Below are positions 26,382 through 36,070 of a stretch of 50,998 nt of DNA, one piece after another; the first letter of the stretch is position 1, and the number at the start of each line of letters is the position of its first letter. The translations under genes and the position numbers were made by a program. The stretch spans positions 1-50,998 of the IMG/VR virus record IMGVR_UViG_3300042517_001594, one strand, 5' to 3'. Below the pieces are notes generated by a model, which did not search any database, was not told the DNA's origin, and was given only the letters and a program-made list of their open reading frames with translations. This DNA is from a virus. Taxonomy: Duplodnaviria > Caudoviricetes.

Positions 26382-26721
26382 CGTGGTGGATGGGCGGGAC
26401 TCGCAGGCGGTGCTGGTGGCCCAGGCCGCGGACAATGCCGAAGAGATGGACGCGGTGACCGCGGTGGCGGACCGCGCGGTGGCGCGCTTGGACATCCGCG
26501 CCCTCATTCGGGACGGGGTCACCAGCGACCAGCTGGTGCGCGCGGTGCTGATGGCCGGCGTTGCCAGCAGCGCCAGCCGCATTGAGCAGCAGGCGGAGCT
26601 GGCAGGCACCCAGGTGCGGCAGTCCGCGGCCGCGCTCCGGCGTGCCGACCCGAAGACCCTCAAGGCCGTGAAGGACGTGGACATTGCGGAGGAACGCAGC
26701 CGCAGAAAGGCGCCCAAGTGA
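26374..26721 (+). CDS. Hypothetical protein
   Basis: AGGAGG RBS, GTG start, coupled. Confidence 0.7.
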   Translation: MGDVVDGRDSQAVLVAQAADNAEEMDAVTAVADRAVARLDIRALIRDGVTSDQLVRAVLMAGVASSASRIEQQAELAGTQVRQSAAALRRADPKTLKAVKDVDIAEERSRRKAPK

Positions 26722-27284
26722 CCCTGACCGCACAGGAGCGCACGGACATTGCCCAGGCCGCGCTGGCCGTTGCGCAGGATTGGGAGGAGCTGCGTGCCCT
26801 CCCGCTGGATGACCTGATGGCCCTGAGCCCGGAGGACGCGGAGGCCTACCTGCGCACCACCGGTGTGTCCTTGGATTGGGAGCGCCTGGAGCTGGAGGTG
26901 CGCAACGCCCTGGGCACGGACCTGCTGCTGTTGGACCGCGGCCGCGAGCTCTCCCCCGCCCAGCTGGATGCGCTGGAGCAGCGCGTCCGCCGCGTGGTGC
27001 TGTCCACCGCGCGCACCACCGTCAACCAGACGTTGGGAGACCTGCGCCAGGAGGCGTTCGTTGCCGCGGATGACCGTGGCCCGGATGAGCAGTGGTACGT
27101 GCGCGTGGCCGTGGGCGCCGGCTCCTGCAATGACTGCCTGAGCCTGCATGGCATCGTCGGGCGCCTGGATTTCTGGCAGGGCAACATGCCGCGTGACGGC
27201 AACACCGTGTGCAAGGGTGCGTGCCGCTGCATGGTGATGCCGTGTGGTGCGCCCGCCAGCGGAGAGGACGGCGTGCGCGCATGA
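26718..27284 (+). CDS. MuF-like minor head protein
   Basis: CNDC..LHG...C...CRC motif; after the portal. Confidence 0.7.
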   Translation: MTLTAQERTDIAQAALAVAQDWEELRALPLDDLMALSPEDAEAYLRTTGVSLDWERLELEVRNALGTDLLLLDRGRELSPAQLDALEQRVRRVVLSTARTTVNQTLGDLRQEAFVAADDRGPDEQWYVRVAVGAGSCNDCLSLHGIVGRLDFWQGNMPRDGNTVCKGACRCMVMPCGAPASGEDGVRA

Positions 27285-27775
27285 TTCGAGTGAAGCTGCA
27301 GGTCGGCCAGGAGACCAAGCGCCTGATGGAACGCCTGAAGCCCCAGGCCCTGCGGGACTTCATGGCGAAGCAGGCCGTGCACATGGTGGCGCAGGCGCGG
27401 AAGAACATCCTGCAGGCAGGCACACAGGCCTCCACCGCGTGGCCTCCGCTGTCCAAGCCGTACGCCCGGAGGAAGCGCATGGGGAAGACGCCGGGCGCGG
27501 GGAAGAACCGGTACGCCATGCTGCGGGACACCGGGTCCATGTACGCGGGGCTTGCCGCGGACGTGACGGTCACCGGCAGCCGCGTGCGCGCGGAGCTCAC
27601 GTCCGAAGGGCGCTTGAACGGGCGTCCCAGCAACGCGGAGCTGCTGCGCATCCACACGCTCGGCCTGGGCCGGGTGCCGGCGCGCTCACCGGTGCTGAAC
27701 ATGACCCTGCTGGAGAAGCGCGTCGGTGAGGCGCTGGCGCGTCACCTCAGCGCGCAGACCGCGGCCACCGGCTGA
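27281..27775 (+). CDS. Virion morphogenesis protein (Mu gpG / tail-completion-like)
   Basis: WPPLS..Y..RK...LRDTG.M...VPAR. Confidence 0.75.
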   Translation: MIRVKLQVGQETKRLMERLKPQALRDFMAKQAVHMVAQARKNILQAGTQASTAWPPLSKPYARRKRMGKTPGAGKNRYAMLRDTGSMYAGLAADVTVTGSRVRAELTSEGRLNGRPSNAELLRIHTLGLGRVPARSPVLNMTLLEKRVGEALARHLSAQTAATG

Positions 27776-27778
27776 GGG

Positions 27779-28033
27779 TCACTGCACGTCGTCCCGCAGC
27801 GGCACGTCCGGCAGTGCATCCTGCGGCACGCCATTCCACCGCGGCGTCATGGACTCACCCAGCAGCAGCACCCGCTCCAACACTCCGCGCGCGTGCATGA
27901 GGTTGGCGTACTCCAGCGCGTTGAGTGGTGTGGCGGTACCGGCGTGCAGCATCTGTTCAATGCGCGCGGTGGGCAGGTCCAAGAGGGCCAGGGCCCGCTT
28001 CATGGCGCCGGAGGTCTTCGGGTTGATGGTCAT
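27779..28033 (-). CDS. Small hypothetical protein, partner of the XRE gene
   Basis: AAGGAG RBS; ATGA overlap with the XRE stop. Confidence 0.65.
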   Translation of the reverse strand: MTINPKTSGAMKRALALLDLPTARIEQMLHAGTATPLNALEYANLMHARGVLERVLLLGESMTPRWNGVPQDALPDVPLRDDVQ

Positions 28034-28335
28034 CGCACGGACTCCTTGAACCAGGCCGCGGCAAACGCCGCCGCCGCATCCGCGCGGCCCGCGGGCACAT
28101 CCAGGATGAGCTGCCCCTGTCGGCGGATGGCCGCCTCCAGCATTGGCTGAGCATCCACCCCCAGCACGCGCGCGCACGCCACCACCGCATCCAGCCGCAG
28201 GTTGGCAACATCACGCTCCACGGCGCTGAGGTGCTGCGCGGTGACGGACAACGGGGCAAGCCTCCGGGCCAGCTGCTCCTGGCTGAGGCGCTTGGCTTCG
28301 CGCGCGTGGCGCAGATGAAGAGACAGTCGGTCCAT
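28030..28335 (-). CDS. XRE-family HTH regulator
   Basis: LRHAREAKRLSQEQLA......HLSAVER......A.VLGV. Confidence 0.85.
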   Translation of the reverse strand: MDRLSLHLRHAREAKRLSQEQLARRLAPLSVTAQHLSAVERDVANLRLDAVVACARVLGVDAQPMLEAAIRRQGQLILDVPAGRADAAAAFAAAWFKESVR

Positions 28336-28459
28336 CACCCACGTGTGCAGGACCTGCGGTGGTGAGTCCAACGGAAACCGACACGCGGAACATGGAGCCA
28401 AAGAAAATCGCACAACGCCCGCGTGGCCATCCTTGCGCGGACCGCGCACGGTCCACGGC

Positions 28460-29275
28460 ATGCGCATCGGACCGCGGCCCCACCTGATTGACCTTGCCAC
28501 CACCATCTGCAGCACCACCGACGGGGGTGGCGCGGCCGGTGGTGGTGGCGCGGCTGCTGGTGGGTCCGCGGCACCGGCTGCCCCCGCGGCGAACGCCAAC
28601 GCGACCCCGCCCCCGCCCGCCCCTGCCGGCCCCGACCTGGCTGCGGTGCTGTCCGAGAACCAGAAGCTCCAGAAGGCCCTGGACAAGGCGTCCAAGGACC
28701 ATGCGGCTTTCAAGGCGCAGGTGGAGAGCCCCGACTACCTCAAGGGCGCCCTGGGCAAGCTGCTGGGCCTGGAGAAGAACGCGGACCCCGCTGAGGCCAT
28801 GAAGGCCGCGGTGGCCGAGCGTGACTCTCTGAAGGCCGCGCAGGAGGCGCAGGCCGCGGCGTTTGCGCGCGCGGCACGCACGCACTCCGTGAAGCTCTTG
28901 GCCACGCGCCTGGGTGCCGAGGATGCCGACGACGTGGCGGCACTGTTTGACGCCAGCCCGTTTGAGGTGGACCCCGCCACGTGGTCACCCAAGGACGCCG
29001 CCGCGCTGGAGAAGGCGCTCACCGAGTTCAAGGCGAAGAAGCCGCGTCTGTTCAAGGTGGAAGCGGCTCCCGCCGCCGCCGCACCGCAGGCCCAGGCGGG
29101 CGCGGGTGGCTCCGGCCGTCCGCCGTTGCCGCCGGTGACCACGCCGGCCGCGCAGGGCGGAGGCCAGCCGCAGACCCTCACGGTTGCGGACCTGCACTCC
29201 ATGCCGACCTCACAGCTTCGCACCACTTCCCTGGGCAGCCGTCCCAACGGCCACCCGCTGCCGCAGCAGCGCTGA
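28460..29275 (+). CDS. Capsid scaffolding protein
   Basis: Gly/Pro-rich ends, Ala/Lys coiled coil, KPRLF motif; directly before the capsid gene. Confidence 0.75.
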   Translation: MRIGPRPHLIDLATTICSTTDGGGAAGGGGAAAGGSAAPAAPAANANATPPPPAPAGPDLAAVLSENQKLQKALDKASKDHAAFKAQVESPDYLKGALGKLLGLEKNADPAEAMKAAVAERDSLKAAQEAQAAAFARAARTHSVKLLATRLGAEDADDVAALFDASPFEVDPATWSPKDAAALEKALTEFKAKKPRLFKVEAAPAAAAPQAQAGAGGSGRPPLPPVTTPAAQGGGQPQTLTVADLHSMPTSQLRTTSLGSRPNGHPLPQQR

Positions 29276-29295
29276 CGCGCTGAGGAGAGAACACC

Positions 29296-30198
29296 ATGGG
29301 CGCCACCACCACCAACTCCGTTGCCTCCTCCATTGCCACCGAATGGGACAAGGAGATGGTCATCGAGAACCGCGAAAGCCAGGTCCTCCTGCCCTCCGTG
29401 GACATGCAGCCGCTGGTGGCGTCCGGCACCAGGGACATCACCCGGCTGGCCACCACGGCAAGCCTGGCGTCCATCAGCAACGGCGTGAACGAAGCGGATG
29501 CCGGCGTGGCGGACACCCTGTCCACCACCAACGCGCAGATTCGCCCCAACGCGCGCGCGCTGTTCGTGCTGTCCAGCTGGGTCATGCAGGCCCAGAGCGC
29601 GGTGAACTGGGCGCAGGCCATCCCTGGCATCCTGGGGCGCGCGGCCGCGGAAGACATGGAGTCCGCGGCGTTCGCGCTGCTGGGCGGCTTCTCCCGCGTG
29701 GCGGACCGCTCCGGCCTGCCCAACACGCTGCAGAACATGCTGCGCGCGCCCACGCAGCTGCGCATTGGTTCGCTGTCCAACGCCGCGCTGGGCCCCATCT
29801 GCTTTGTCCATGACAACCAGATGGCCGACCTGGATGCGGAGAACACGTCCGGCGTGGGCGTGGGGCTCTCTCCCATGCTGACCCGCCAGGACGTGATGAA
29901 CGTCTACGGCGCGTCCCCCGGCTCCGGCCTGGTGCAGAACTTCCGCGGCTCGGTGGGCAGCAACATCCCCATCTTTGTGTCCACGTTGGTGACCAACGAC
30001 GGCACCAACTACGACGGCGCCATCATCCTGCCGAAGCAGGCGCTGGCCGGCGCCTACAACTGGCTGGCCACCATGGGCTCTGCCAGCCGCGCCGTGGTGA
30101 TGGAGCTGGCCGACGTGGAGTTCGTCTCCCAGTGCTACGCGATGGGCGAAAAGAACGACTCCAAGGGCGTGACCATTCGCAGCCGCGTGACCGCCTGA
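29296..30198 (+). CDS. Major capsid protein
   Basis: 300 aa after the scaffold; strong RBS; HK97-like size and features. Confidence 0.75.
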   Translation: MGATTTNSVASSIATEWDKEMVIENRESQVLLPSVDMQPLVASGTRDITRLATTASLASISNGVNEADAGVADTLSTTNAQIRPNARALFVLSSWVMQAQSAVNWAQAIPGILGRAAAEDMESAAFALLGGFSRVADRSGLPNTLQNMLRAPTQLRIGSLSNAALGPICFVHDNQMADLDAENTSGVGVGLSPMLTRQDVMNVYGASPGSGLVQNFRGSVGSNIPIFVSTLVTNDGTNYDGAIILPKQALAGAYNWLATMGSASRAVVMELADVEFVSQCYAMGEKNDSKGVTIRSRVTA

Positions 30199-30261
30199 GC
30201 TTGATGGCGGTTCGCAGTTCACCCCGTCCACACCCCACACCCAGCAGCAGGACACGCACCC

Positions 30262-30915
30262 ATGGCCGACCCCAAGCGCAGCATCCACAACCCCCTCCGC
30301 GCTGCGACGGAGCCGGTCACGGTCACCATCATGTCCGTCCAGCAGGTGCTCACGCCGCTGCTGGAGGAAATCACGCTGGACGACGGGGAGAAGGTCATCA
30401 CCCCCGCGGTGTCCTCGCAGGACGGCGTGCTCACCCACCAGGCGTTCTCCTACCGGCGCAAGCGGCCGGGTGGAGAGGTGGAATCCTTTGACCGCGTGGT
30501 GGTGAAGCACATGGTGGTGCTGTCCGAGGACGCCGCTGGCTACGGCGCCGCACGCAGCACCGCGCCCAAGGCCGAACGCACCAGCGACGAGCACGTGCGT
30601 GCGCGCGTTGTGTACTGCGACGTGTACCGCCGCAAGAACGGGTCCCACTTCCTCTTCCGCCTGGAAGCCAACGAGAAGAACCAGGTGCTCAGCCGCAGCG
30701 CCATGATGGGCGAGGAAGTGGTGGACATCTACGTGCAGAAGGGCATGAAGCTCTGCACGCCCGCCCAGTACCTGGAGCAGCGGCGCAAAGAGCGGACCCT
30801 GTTCGCACAGCACAGCGTGGACGTCCTCAAGCGTGACCCCATCGCACGCATTGGCGCCGCGGTTGTGGAGTCCATTGGCCGTCAGCAGCAGCAGGCCACC
30901 ACCAGCAAGTCCTGA
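30262..30915 (+). CDS. Hypothetical protein (head module)
   Basis: In-operon, strong codon bias. Confidence 0.75.
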   Translation: MADPKRSIHNPLRAATEPVTVTIMSVQQVLTPLLEEITLDDGEKVITPAVSSQDGVLTHQAFSYRRKRPGGEVESFDRVVVKHMVVLSEDAAGYGAARSTAPKAERTSDEHVRARVVYCDVYRRKNGSHFLFRLEANEKNQVLSRSAMMGEEVVDIYVQKGMKLCTPAQYLEQRRKERTLFAQHSVDVLKRDPIARIGAAVVESIGRQQQQATTSKS

Positions 30916-30930
30916 GCAACGGAGCGTTCC

Positions 30931-31338
30931 ATGACCACCAACTACCAGTTCCTCAGGCGGGTGAAGTTCTCCGACCTCAACGACACGGCGGGCCTCACCA
31001 AGACCCTCACGTGTCCCGCGTTTTTCGTGGGCAGCGGCAACGGCAAGTTTGAGCATGAGGATGTGCTCTTGGACGTGCGGACCGCGTTCGCCGGCACCGC
31101 CACGCTTCAGCTGGATGTGGGCCGCGCCAGCCTCACCGAGCGTCACGCCAAGGACGTGGACATGAAGACGGCGGGCGAGACCTTCGGGTCCGCCACCACC
31201 AACGTGAAGCCGCGTCTCACGGAGGACCAGGGCCTTCAGTACCTGCTCACGTTCACCGCCACCGTGAACAACCTGACGCTCCTCACCGCGGGTGAGGTGG
31301 ACATCCACGTGAAGGTGGGCGCGCTCCCGCCGCTCTGA
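30931..31338 (+). CDS. Putative capsid decoration/cement beta-sandwich protein
   Basis: V.TAF.G...L.VG...TAG.V.I.V pattern; paralog of the next gene. Confidence 0.6.
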   Translation: MTTNYQFLRRVKFSDLNDTAGLTKTLTCPAFFVGSGNGKFEHEDVLLDVRTAFAGTATLQLDVGRASLTERHAKDVDMKTAGETFGSATTNVKPRLTEDQGLQYLLTFTATVNNLTLLTAGEVDIHVKVGALPPL

Positions 31339-31393
31339 TTCTTCGCCGTTGGCCGCACACCGCCAGCACCAACACACCCACCAGGAGAAGGCC

Positions 31394-31789
31394 ATGGCCC
31401 TCAAGCTCATCCGAACCATCAACTTCAATGACGCCGACGTGGCGGTGGGTGCCACCAGCGCCACCATCACGGTGACCCGCCAGTCCCTGGGCTTCCGCGC
31501 CGATGACGAGCTCCTCATCAAGGGCGGCGTGGTGGAGACGGTGACCCCGTTCGCGGGTGGCTCGCTGGCCACGTACACCGCGGCGCTGGGCATTGCCGGC
31601 GCCACCACGCGCTACCTGGCGGCGCAGAGCGTCTTTGCGGCCGCGCGCCTGGGTGCCGCCGCGTGCGCCCTGGACCGCGCCGGGAACTTCGTCATCACCC
31701 TGACGGGCTCCCACAACCTGAGCACCGCCACGGCTGGCAAGGCCCACATTTGGGCCGACATTGAAGAAGCCAAGCCCCTTCCCGCCTGA
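31394..31789 (+). CDS. Putative capsid decoration/cement protein (paralog)
   Basis: Shares F.D, T.FAG and NL...TAG...I with 30931-31338. Confidence 0.6.
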   Translation: MALKLIRTINFNDADVAVGATSATITVTRQSLGFRADDELLIKGGVVETVTPFAGGSLATYTAALGIAGATTRYLAAQSVFAAARLGAAACALDRAGNFVITLTGSHNLSTATAGKAHIWADIEEAKPLPA

Positions 31790-31797
31790 GGTGACCC

Positions 31798-32223
31798 ATG
31801 CGAACCAGGACCGCCCGCGTTCTTGGTGTGGCGGCTTTGGCCGCATGCACCACCATCGCCATCGCAGCCGTCAACCACATGTACACCGTGCCGGGGGGGA
31901 TTGTGCTCCCCCCGCGCACGCTGCCGGGGAAGGCCATTGCCCACCCGGGCCGCGACTACTCCACGTTCATCCTGGAGCACGACAACCCGGACGCGGGCTC
32001 CCAGCCCATGTGGGTGTGCGGGCGGAACGCGGGCTGGCCCGACGGCGGCTTCACCTCCGCGGTGATTTCCCAGAGCTGCCACAAGAGGTGCCTGGACCTC
32101 ACCGTGTGCCCGTTCGGTCCGGGGTTCTCCGGTGACGTGAAGCAGGAGGGCGGCCCCGTGGCGTTCTGCGACGGGCCGGGCACCGACGCCGGCTGCCGCG
32201 TCAAGCTCTCGTTCGGGAGGTAA
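31798..32223 (+). CDS. Cys-rich exported protein or lipoprotein
   Basis: MRTRTARVLGVAALAAC (lipobox-like LAAC). Confidence 0.7.
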   Translation: MRTRTARVLGVAALAACTTIAIAAVNHMYTVPGGIVLPPRTLPGKAIAHPGRDYSTFILEHDNPDAGSQPMWVCGRNAGWPDGGFTSAVISQSCHKRCLDLTVCPFGPGFSGDVKQEGGPVAFCDGPGTDAGCRVKLSFGR

Positions 32224-32225
32224 CC

Positions 32226-33092
32226 ATGCAGCGGGTCCTCTTCGCTTTGGCGCTGATGCTGGCGCTGGCATTCGCGCACGCACAGGCCGTTCCTGGGCAG
32301 ACGTTCGGCACCACGTTCCCGGGCGGAATCTCCCTCACCTACCTGGCCACGCAGTTCTGTGCGCGGACCGGGTGCACGCTGACTGGCCAGCAGGTCTTTG
32401 ACGGTGTCTCCGTGGATATCTCCACGGGCACCAACCAAACCCTGACGGTCCAGCCAAACGGCTCCGGGGCGGTTGTGCTGAACGCAACCGGCGGCACCGA
32501 GGTCACGACCCCCAGCACCGGTGCAGTGCCGGCGCTGCTCAACCGAATGCAGGACAACAGCGCTGCGCTGGAGTTCGGATTTGTGCAGCGGCTGGCGTCG
32601 CTCAACGGATTCATCGCCATCGGCAATGCATCCATCACGAACTCCATCTACTCGCCCGGCATTCAGCGCATGTCGTCGGGGTCCACCAACGCATTGGTCT
32701 TTGACATCGCGTATGTGGATGCAACCCAAGACTCCGGCACCCAGCCTGTCTACCTCCTGGACGTGCGGCGAGGGACAGCGACGGGCGACCCGTTCAACGT
32801 GGCAGGCGGTGCCGCCGTCACCACGCGCCCGCTGCTGCGGTTCGCCAACTTTGGCACGTCGTTCCTGGAGTTCTCCGCGGCCAGCAACCTGACGCTGGGC
32901 GGCTCCATGTTTGAGCTTGATGGCGCTGCAACCGTGCTGCCGGCATGCGCCGCTGACGGAGATGTTGGCCGCTTCGTCAACTACTCCAAAAGCAGCGGCA
33001 ACATCCGCGTGACGTGCGGCTGCAAGAAGACGGGCGCCGGCACCTATGCGCGCTACGACCTCTCCACGGGGACCGTGGGGGAGTGCACGTGA
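32226..33092 (+). CDS. Fibre-like beta-rich protein with Sec signal peptide
   Basis: MQRVLFALALMLALAFAHA|QA; Thr/Gly-rich; paired Cys. Confidence 0.7.
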   Translation: MQRVLFALALMLALAFAHAQAVPGQTFGTTFPGGISLTYLATQFCARTGCTLTGQQVFDGVSVDISTGTNQTLTVQPNGSGAVVLNATGGTEVTTPSTGAVPALLNRMQDNSAALEFGFVQRLASLNGFIAIGNASITNSIYSPGIQRMSSGSTNALVFDIAYVDATQDSGTQPVYLLDVRRGTATGDPFNVAGGAAVTTRPLLRFANFGTSFLEFSAASNLTLGGSMFELDGAATVLPACAADGDVGRFVNYSKSSGNIRVTCGCKKTGAGTYARYDLSTGTVGECT

Positions 33093-34264
33093 GCACGGTG
33101 CTCCTTGCACTGCTGCTGGCGTCACAGGGCGTCGGCATCATCAACGTGGGGCAATCCACGTGCATTGGCACGACCGCAACGCCGGCGCGTACCACCGTTG
33201 ACGACGGGAACTTCCGCTTCACCACCAACGCATTCCTCGCCGGTCTGGATGGTCAGGGCGGCTTCAACAGCACGGGCGTGGACTGGCCGCTCAGCGCGCT
33301 GACGGAAGCCACGTTTGAGTCTCCGTGGTCCCAATCCGCACGGCAGTTCCGCGCTGTGACGGGGTCGCCGGTTACGGTGTTCGGAAACTGCGTCGGCGGC
33401 ATCCAGTACAGCGCAATGAAAAAGGGAACGGTTTCGTTTGACCGTCTCGAGAAGCTGATTGAGGGCTTCGGAGCACGTGTCCCGAATGCGCGTGTCGCGG
33501 CGGTGCTGGCGTACAACGGCGAGGCCAACACGCAGGCGGCCACGCCCCGCGCCACGTTCGCGGCCAACCTTCTGGAGTGGCAAACGGACATCCAGGCCAA
33601 GGTGCGCCTCTCCACGCGCACGGGCGCAAGCACCACGGTGCCGCTTGTTGTGCGGCAGCTGGCGTCGTGGACGCACTACAACACCACGGGGTTCATCGCG
33701 CTTGGGCAGTATGACGCCATGAAGGCCAACCCCGGCAGGATTGTTGTGGCCGGCGGAGGCTATCCGTTCGTCTACTCCGGCGACGGCGTGCACCCCACAG
33801 CAGACGGCAGCTGCCACATGGGCGCAATGATGGGCCGCGTTGCTGGCTTTGTCAGCATGGACCCGTGGTGGCGCCCGCTGATGCCCATCAGCGTCACGCG
33901 CGTGGCCAATGTCATCACGGTGGCATTCAACGTCCCGAGCCCGCCGCTGGTGGTGGATACGACCCTGGTGACGGCTCAAACGAACAGGGGGTTTGAGTAC
34001 ACGGACGCCACCACGTCCGCGTCCATCTCCAGCGTTTCGTGCGGCGCCACCACGTGCACCATCACGCTGAACACGACGCCGACGGGCGGCACGCGGCTGC
34101 TCCGCTACGCGTACACGGGAACCAACGGCGACAACGCGGGTCCCACCGCAGGCCCGCGCGGCAACATCCGCGACAGCGGCGGCAATGCGGCGTCTGTGAC
34201 GTGCAACGGCACGCCCATCCCGCTCCACAACTGGTTGGTGACCTTCGAGGAGGATGTGCCATGA
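33089..34264 (+). CDS. SGNH-hydrolase (sialate O-acetylesterase-like) domain protein
   Basis: GQS, YNGEAN, DGVHP blocks; hydrophobic N-terminus. Confidence 0.8.
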   Translation: MSTVLLALLLASQGVGIINVGQSTCIGTTATPARTTVDDGNFRFTTNAFLAGLDGQGGFNSTGVDWPLSALTEATFESPWSQSARQFRAVTGSPVTVFGNCVGGIQYSAMKKGTVSFDRLEKLIEGFGARVPNARVAAVLAYNGEANTQAATPRATFAANLLEWQTDIQAKVRLSTRTGASTTVPLVVRQLASWTHYNTTGFIALGQYDAMKANPGRIVVAGGGYPFVYSGDGVHPTADGSCHMGAMMGRVAGFVSMDPWWRPLMPISVTRVANVITVAFNVPSPPLVVDTTLVTAQTNRGFEYTDATTSASISSVSCGATTCTITLNTTPTGGTRLLRYAYTGTNGDNAGPTAGPRGNIRDSGGNAASVTCNGTPIPLHNWLVTFEEDVP

Positions 34265-34782
34265 CCGACATCCTCCTCTGGGCCAAGGACAACAGCGCAG
34301 ATATTCTGGCCACCCTGGGTGGCGCGGGCACAGCCGGTGCTCTGCTGCGCTGGGTGTTCCCCCGCGCGGTGGAGGCGGGCATCGCCTGGCGCAAGGCCAA
34401 GCGTGAAGCCGCGGACGCCGCGAAGAAGGCCGCGGAAGCCAAGGCCGCAGAGGAAGCGAAGAAGGCCGCGGACGCCAAGGCGGCCGACGAGATGTGGCGC
34501 GCCCAGATGATTAACGGGCTGCAGGCCAACAGCGCGGCGGTGGACGCGCTGAAGCGCCAGATGGAGGTCTTCACCAGCACGCTGAAGGAACACGACGAGC
34601 GCACCCGCGAGACCTCCAAGGTGGTGGCGCGCGTGGACGGATTCCTGGACCGCCTTGAGCGCGCGGAAAGCCACGCCTTCGAGGCCAAGGTTGCCGCGGC
34701 ATCCGCGGAGCGCGCGGTGGCTCGGCTGCAGGGCACGGACGCGTTCGGCAACCCCACCACCAACCCAGGGCGGGGTGGCTGA
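34261..34782 (+). CDS. Single-TM coiled-coil protein (possible holin-like lysis protein)
   Basis: N-terminal hydrophobic segment, Ala/Lys repeats, coiled coil. Confidence 0.55.
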   Translation: MTDILLWAKDNSADILATLGGAGTAGALLRWVFPRAVEAGIAWRKAKREAADAAKKAAEAKAAEEAKKAADAKAADEMWRAQMINGLQANSAAVDALKRQMEVFTSTLKEHDERTRETSKVVARVDGFLDRLERAESHAFEAKVAAASAERAVARLQGTDAFGNPTTNPGRGG

Positions 34783-35588
34783 TGGCCTACAACCCGACCG
34801 GTTACCGCGGCATTCAGGAGGCCTGCTACGGGCAGGCTGGCCAGGTCATTGGCGCGTGGGCCGAGAAGAACGGGGTGCTCACCGACCCCAGCACCAGCCC
34901 CGCCATCACCGCCAACGTCTACCGCCCGGGCAACGGCGGTCCGGACAGCACGCCCATTGCGCCCAGCGTGTCCGTCTCCAAGGACGCCACCACCAAGCGC
35001 CTCACGCTCACCCTGGACTGCTCCAACCGCGCCACCTTCCCGCTGGACGAGGGGTACCGCGCGGAGCTCGTGGTCAGCACGCTCACCCACCCGCTGGTCA
35101 TTGTTTTTGACGTGGTTCGGCAGCCGCTGGTGGACCAGGTCCCCGTGCGCGTGGATGACCTGTACCCGCTGCACGTCCAGCTGAAGCAGATGCTGGCCAA
35201 AGCCGCGGTGGAGACGGGCACGTCCGTGGAGTCCGTGGCGGACCGGCTCTACATCATGCCGGCGTGGACGCGCGTGCTGGATTACGTGCGCTCCCGCGGG
35301 CGCCGGCCCAGCCTCATCAGCCCGGCGGGCACGCTTCACCTGATGGCGCTGCACGCCGCCGCGGTGAACGTGTTCAGCGCGTTCAAGCGCGCGGAGGGAG
35401 ACGTCTACGACGGCCTGCGCGCCACGCATGAAGGCCTGTACCAGGAGGCCCTGCGGAACACCGCGCTGCACTACGACGACGCCGACGGGTTCAGCCACAG
35501 CAAGGAGCGCGCGTGGACCCAGCCGCGGTGGTTTGTGGGCAATGACCTCCGCGCCGGGAAGATGCCCCGCCCGCCCAGGGGGTACTGA
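34782..35588 (+). CDS. Putative head-tail connector protein
   Basis: Position before the tail genes; function by synteny only. Confidence 0.5.
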   Translation: MAYNPTGYRGIQEACYGQAGQVIGAWAEKNGVLTDPSTSPAITANVYRPGNGGPDSTPIAPSVSVSKDATTKRLTLTLDCSNRATFPLDEGYRAELVVSTLTHPLVIVFDVVRQPLVDQVPVRVDDLYPLHVQLKQMLAKAAVETGTSVESVADRLYIMPAWTRVLDYVRSRGRRPSLISPAGTLHLMALHAAAVNVFSAFKRAEGDVYDGLRATHEGLYQEALRNTALHYDDADGFSHSKERAWTQPRWFVGNDLRAGKMPRPPRGY

Positions 35589-36055
35589 TGGCCACGGTGG
35601 AGGTGTCGGACATCCTGGCGACGGTGGCCACCACGGTCCTTGCCACCACGCCGGCCGCGGATGGCTCCCTTGCGCCGACCTTCACGGAGAATGAGCACGT
35701 GTCCGTGGAGGGCGCCCCCAACGACCGCGGCTTTGACATCTACCTGCGCTCCGGCGGTGAAGAGCAGACCACCGGCCATGAGGGGGACACCGAGGAAGCC
35801 TGCCGGCGGTTCACGTTCATCCTGGTTATTGCCTACGTGCACACCACGGGCAGCGCGCGCTCCATCAGCAGCGTCATCGGACGGGACGCCGTTGCTCTGA
35901 TGGACCGCATTCCGCGCGCCCTGCACCCGGACGGCCATGTGTGCGTCCCCGGTGACTACGACGTGGACGTGCGCACGGACAAAGACGTGGGCGGAAACAT
36001 CTGGACCCTTTCATTGCCGTTCCAGGTGGAGCACCTGGAGACGGTCGAGCCCTGA
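35588..36055 (+). CDS. Putative tail terminator/completion protein
   Basis: Acidic 155 aa directly before the tail tube gene. Confidence 0.55.
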   Translation: MATVEVSDILATVATTVLATTPAADGSLAPTFTENEHVSVEGAPNDRGFDIYLRSGGEEQTTGHEGDTEEACRRFTFILVIAYVHTTGSARSISSVIGRDAVALMDRIPRALHPDGHVCVPGDYDVDVRTDKDVGGNIWTLSLPFQVEHLETVEP

Positions 36056-36070
36056 CGAAGGAGAGAGCCC

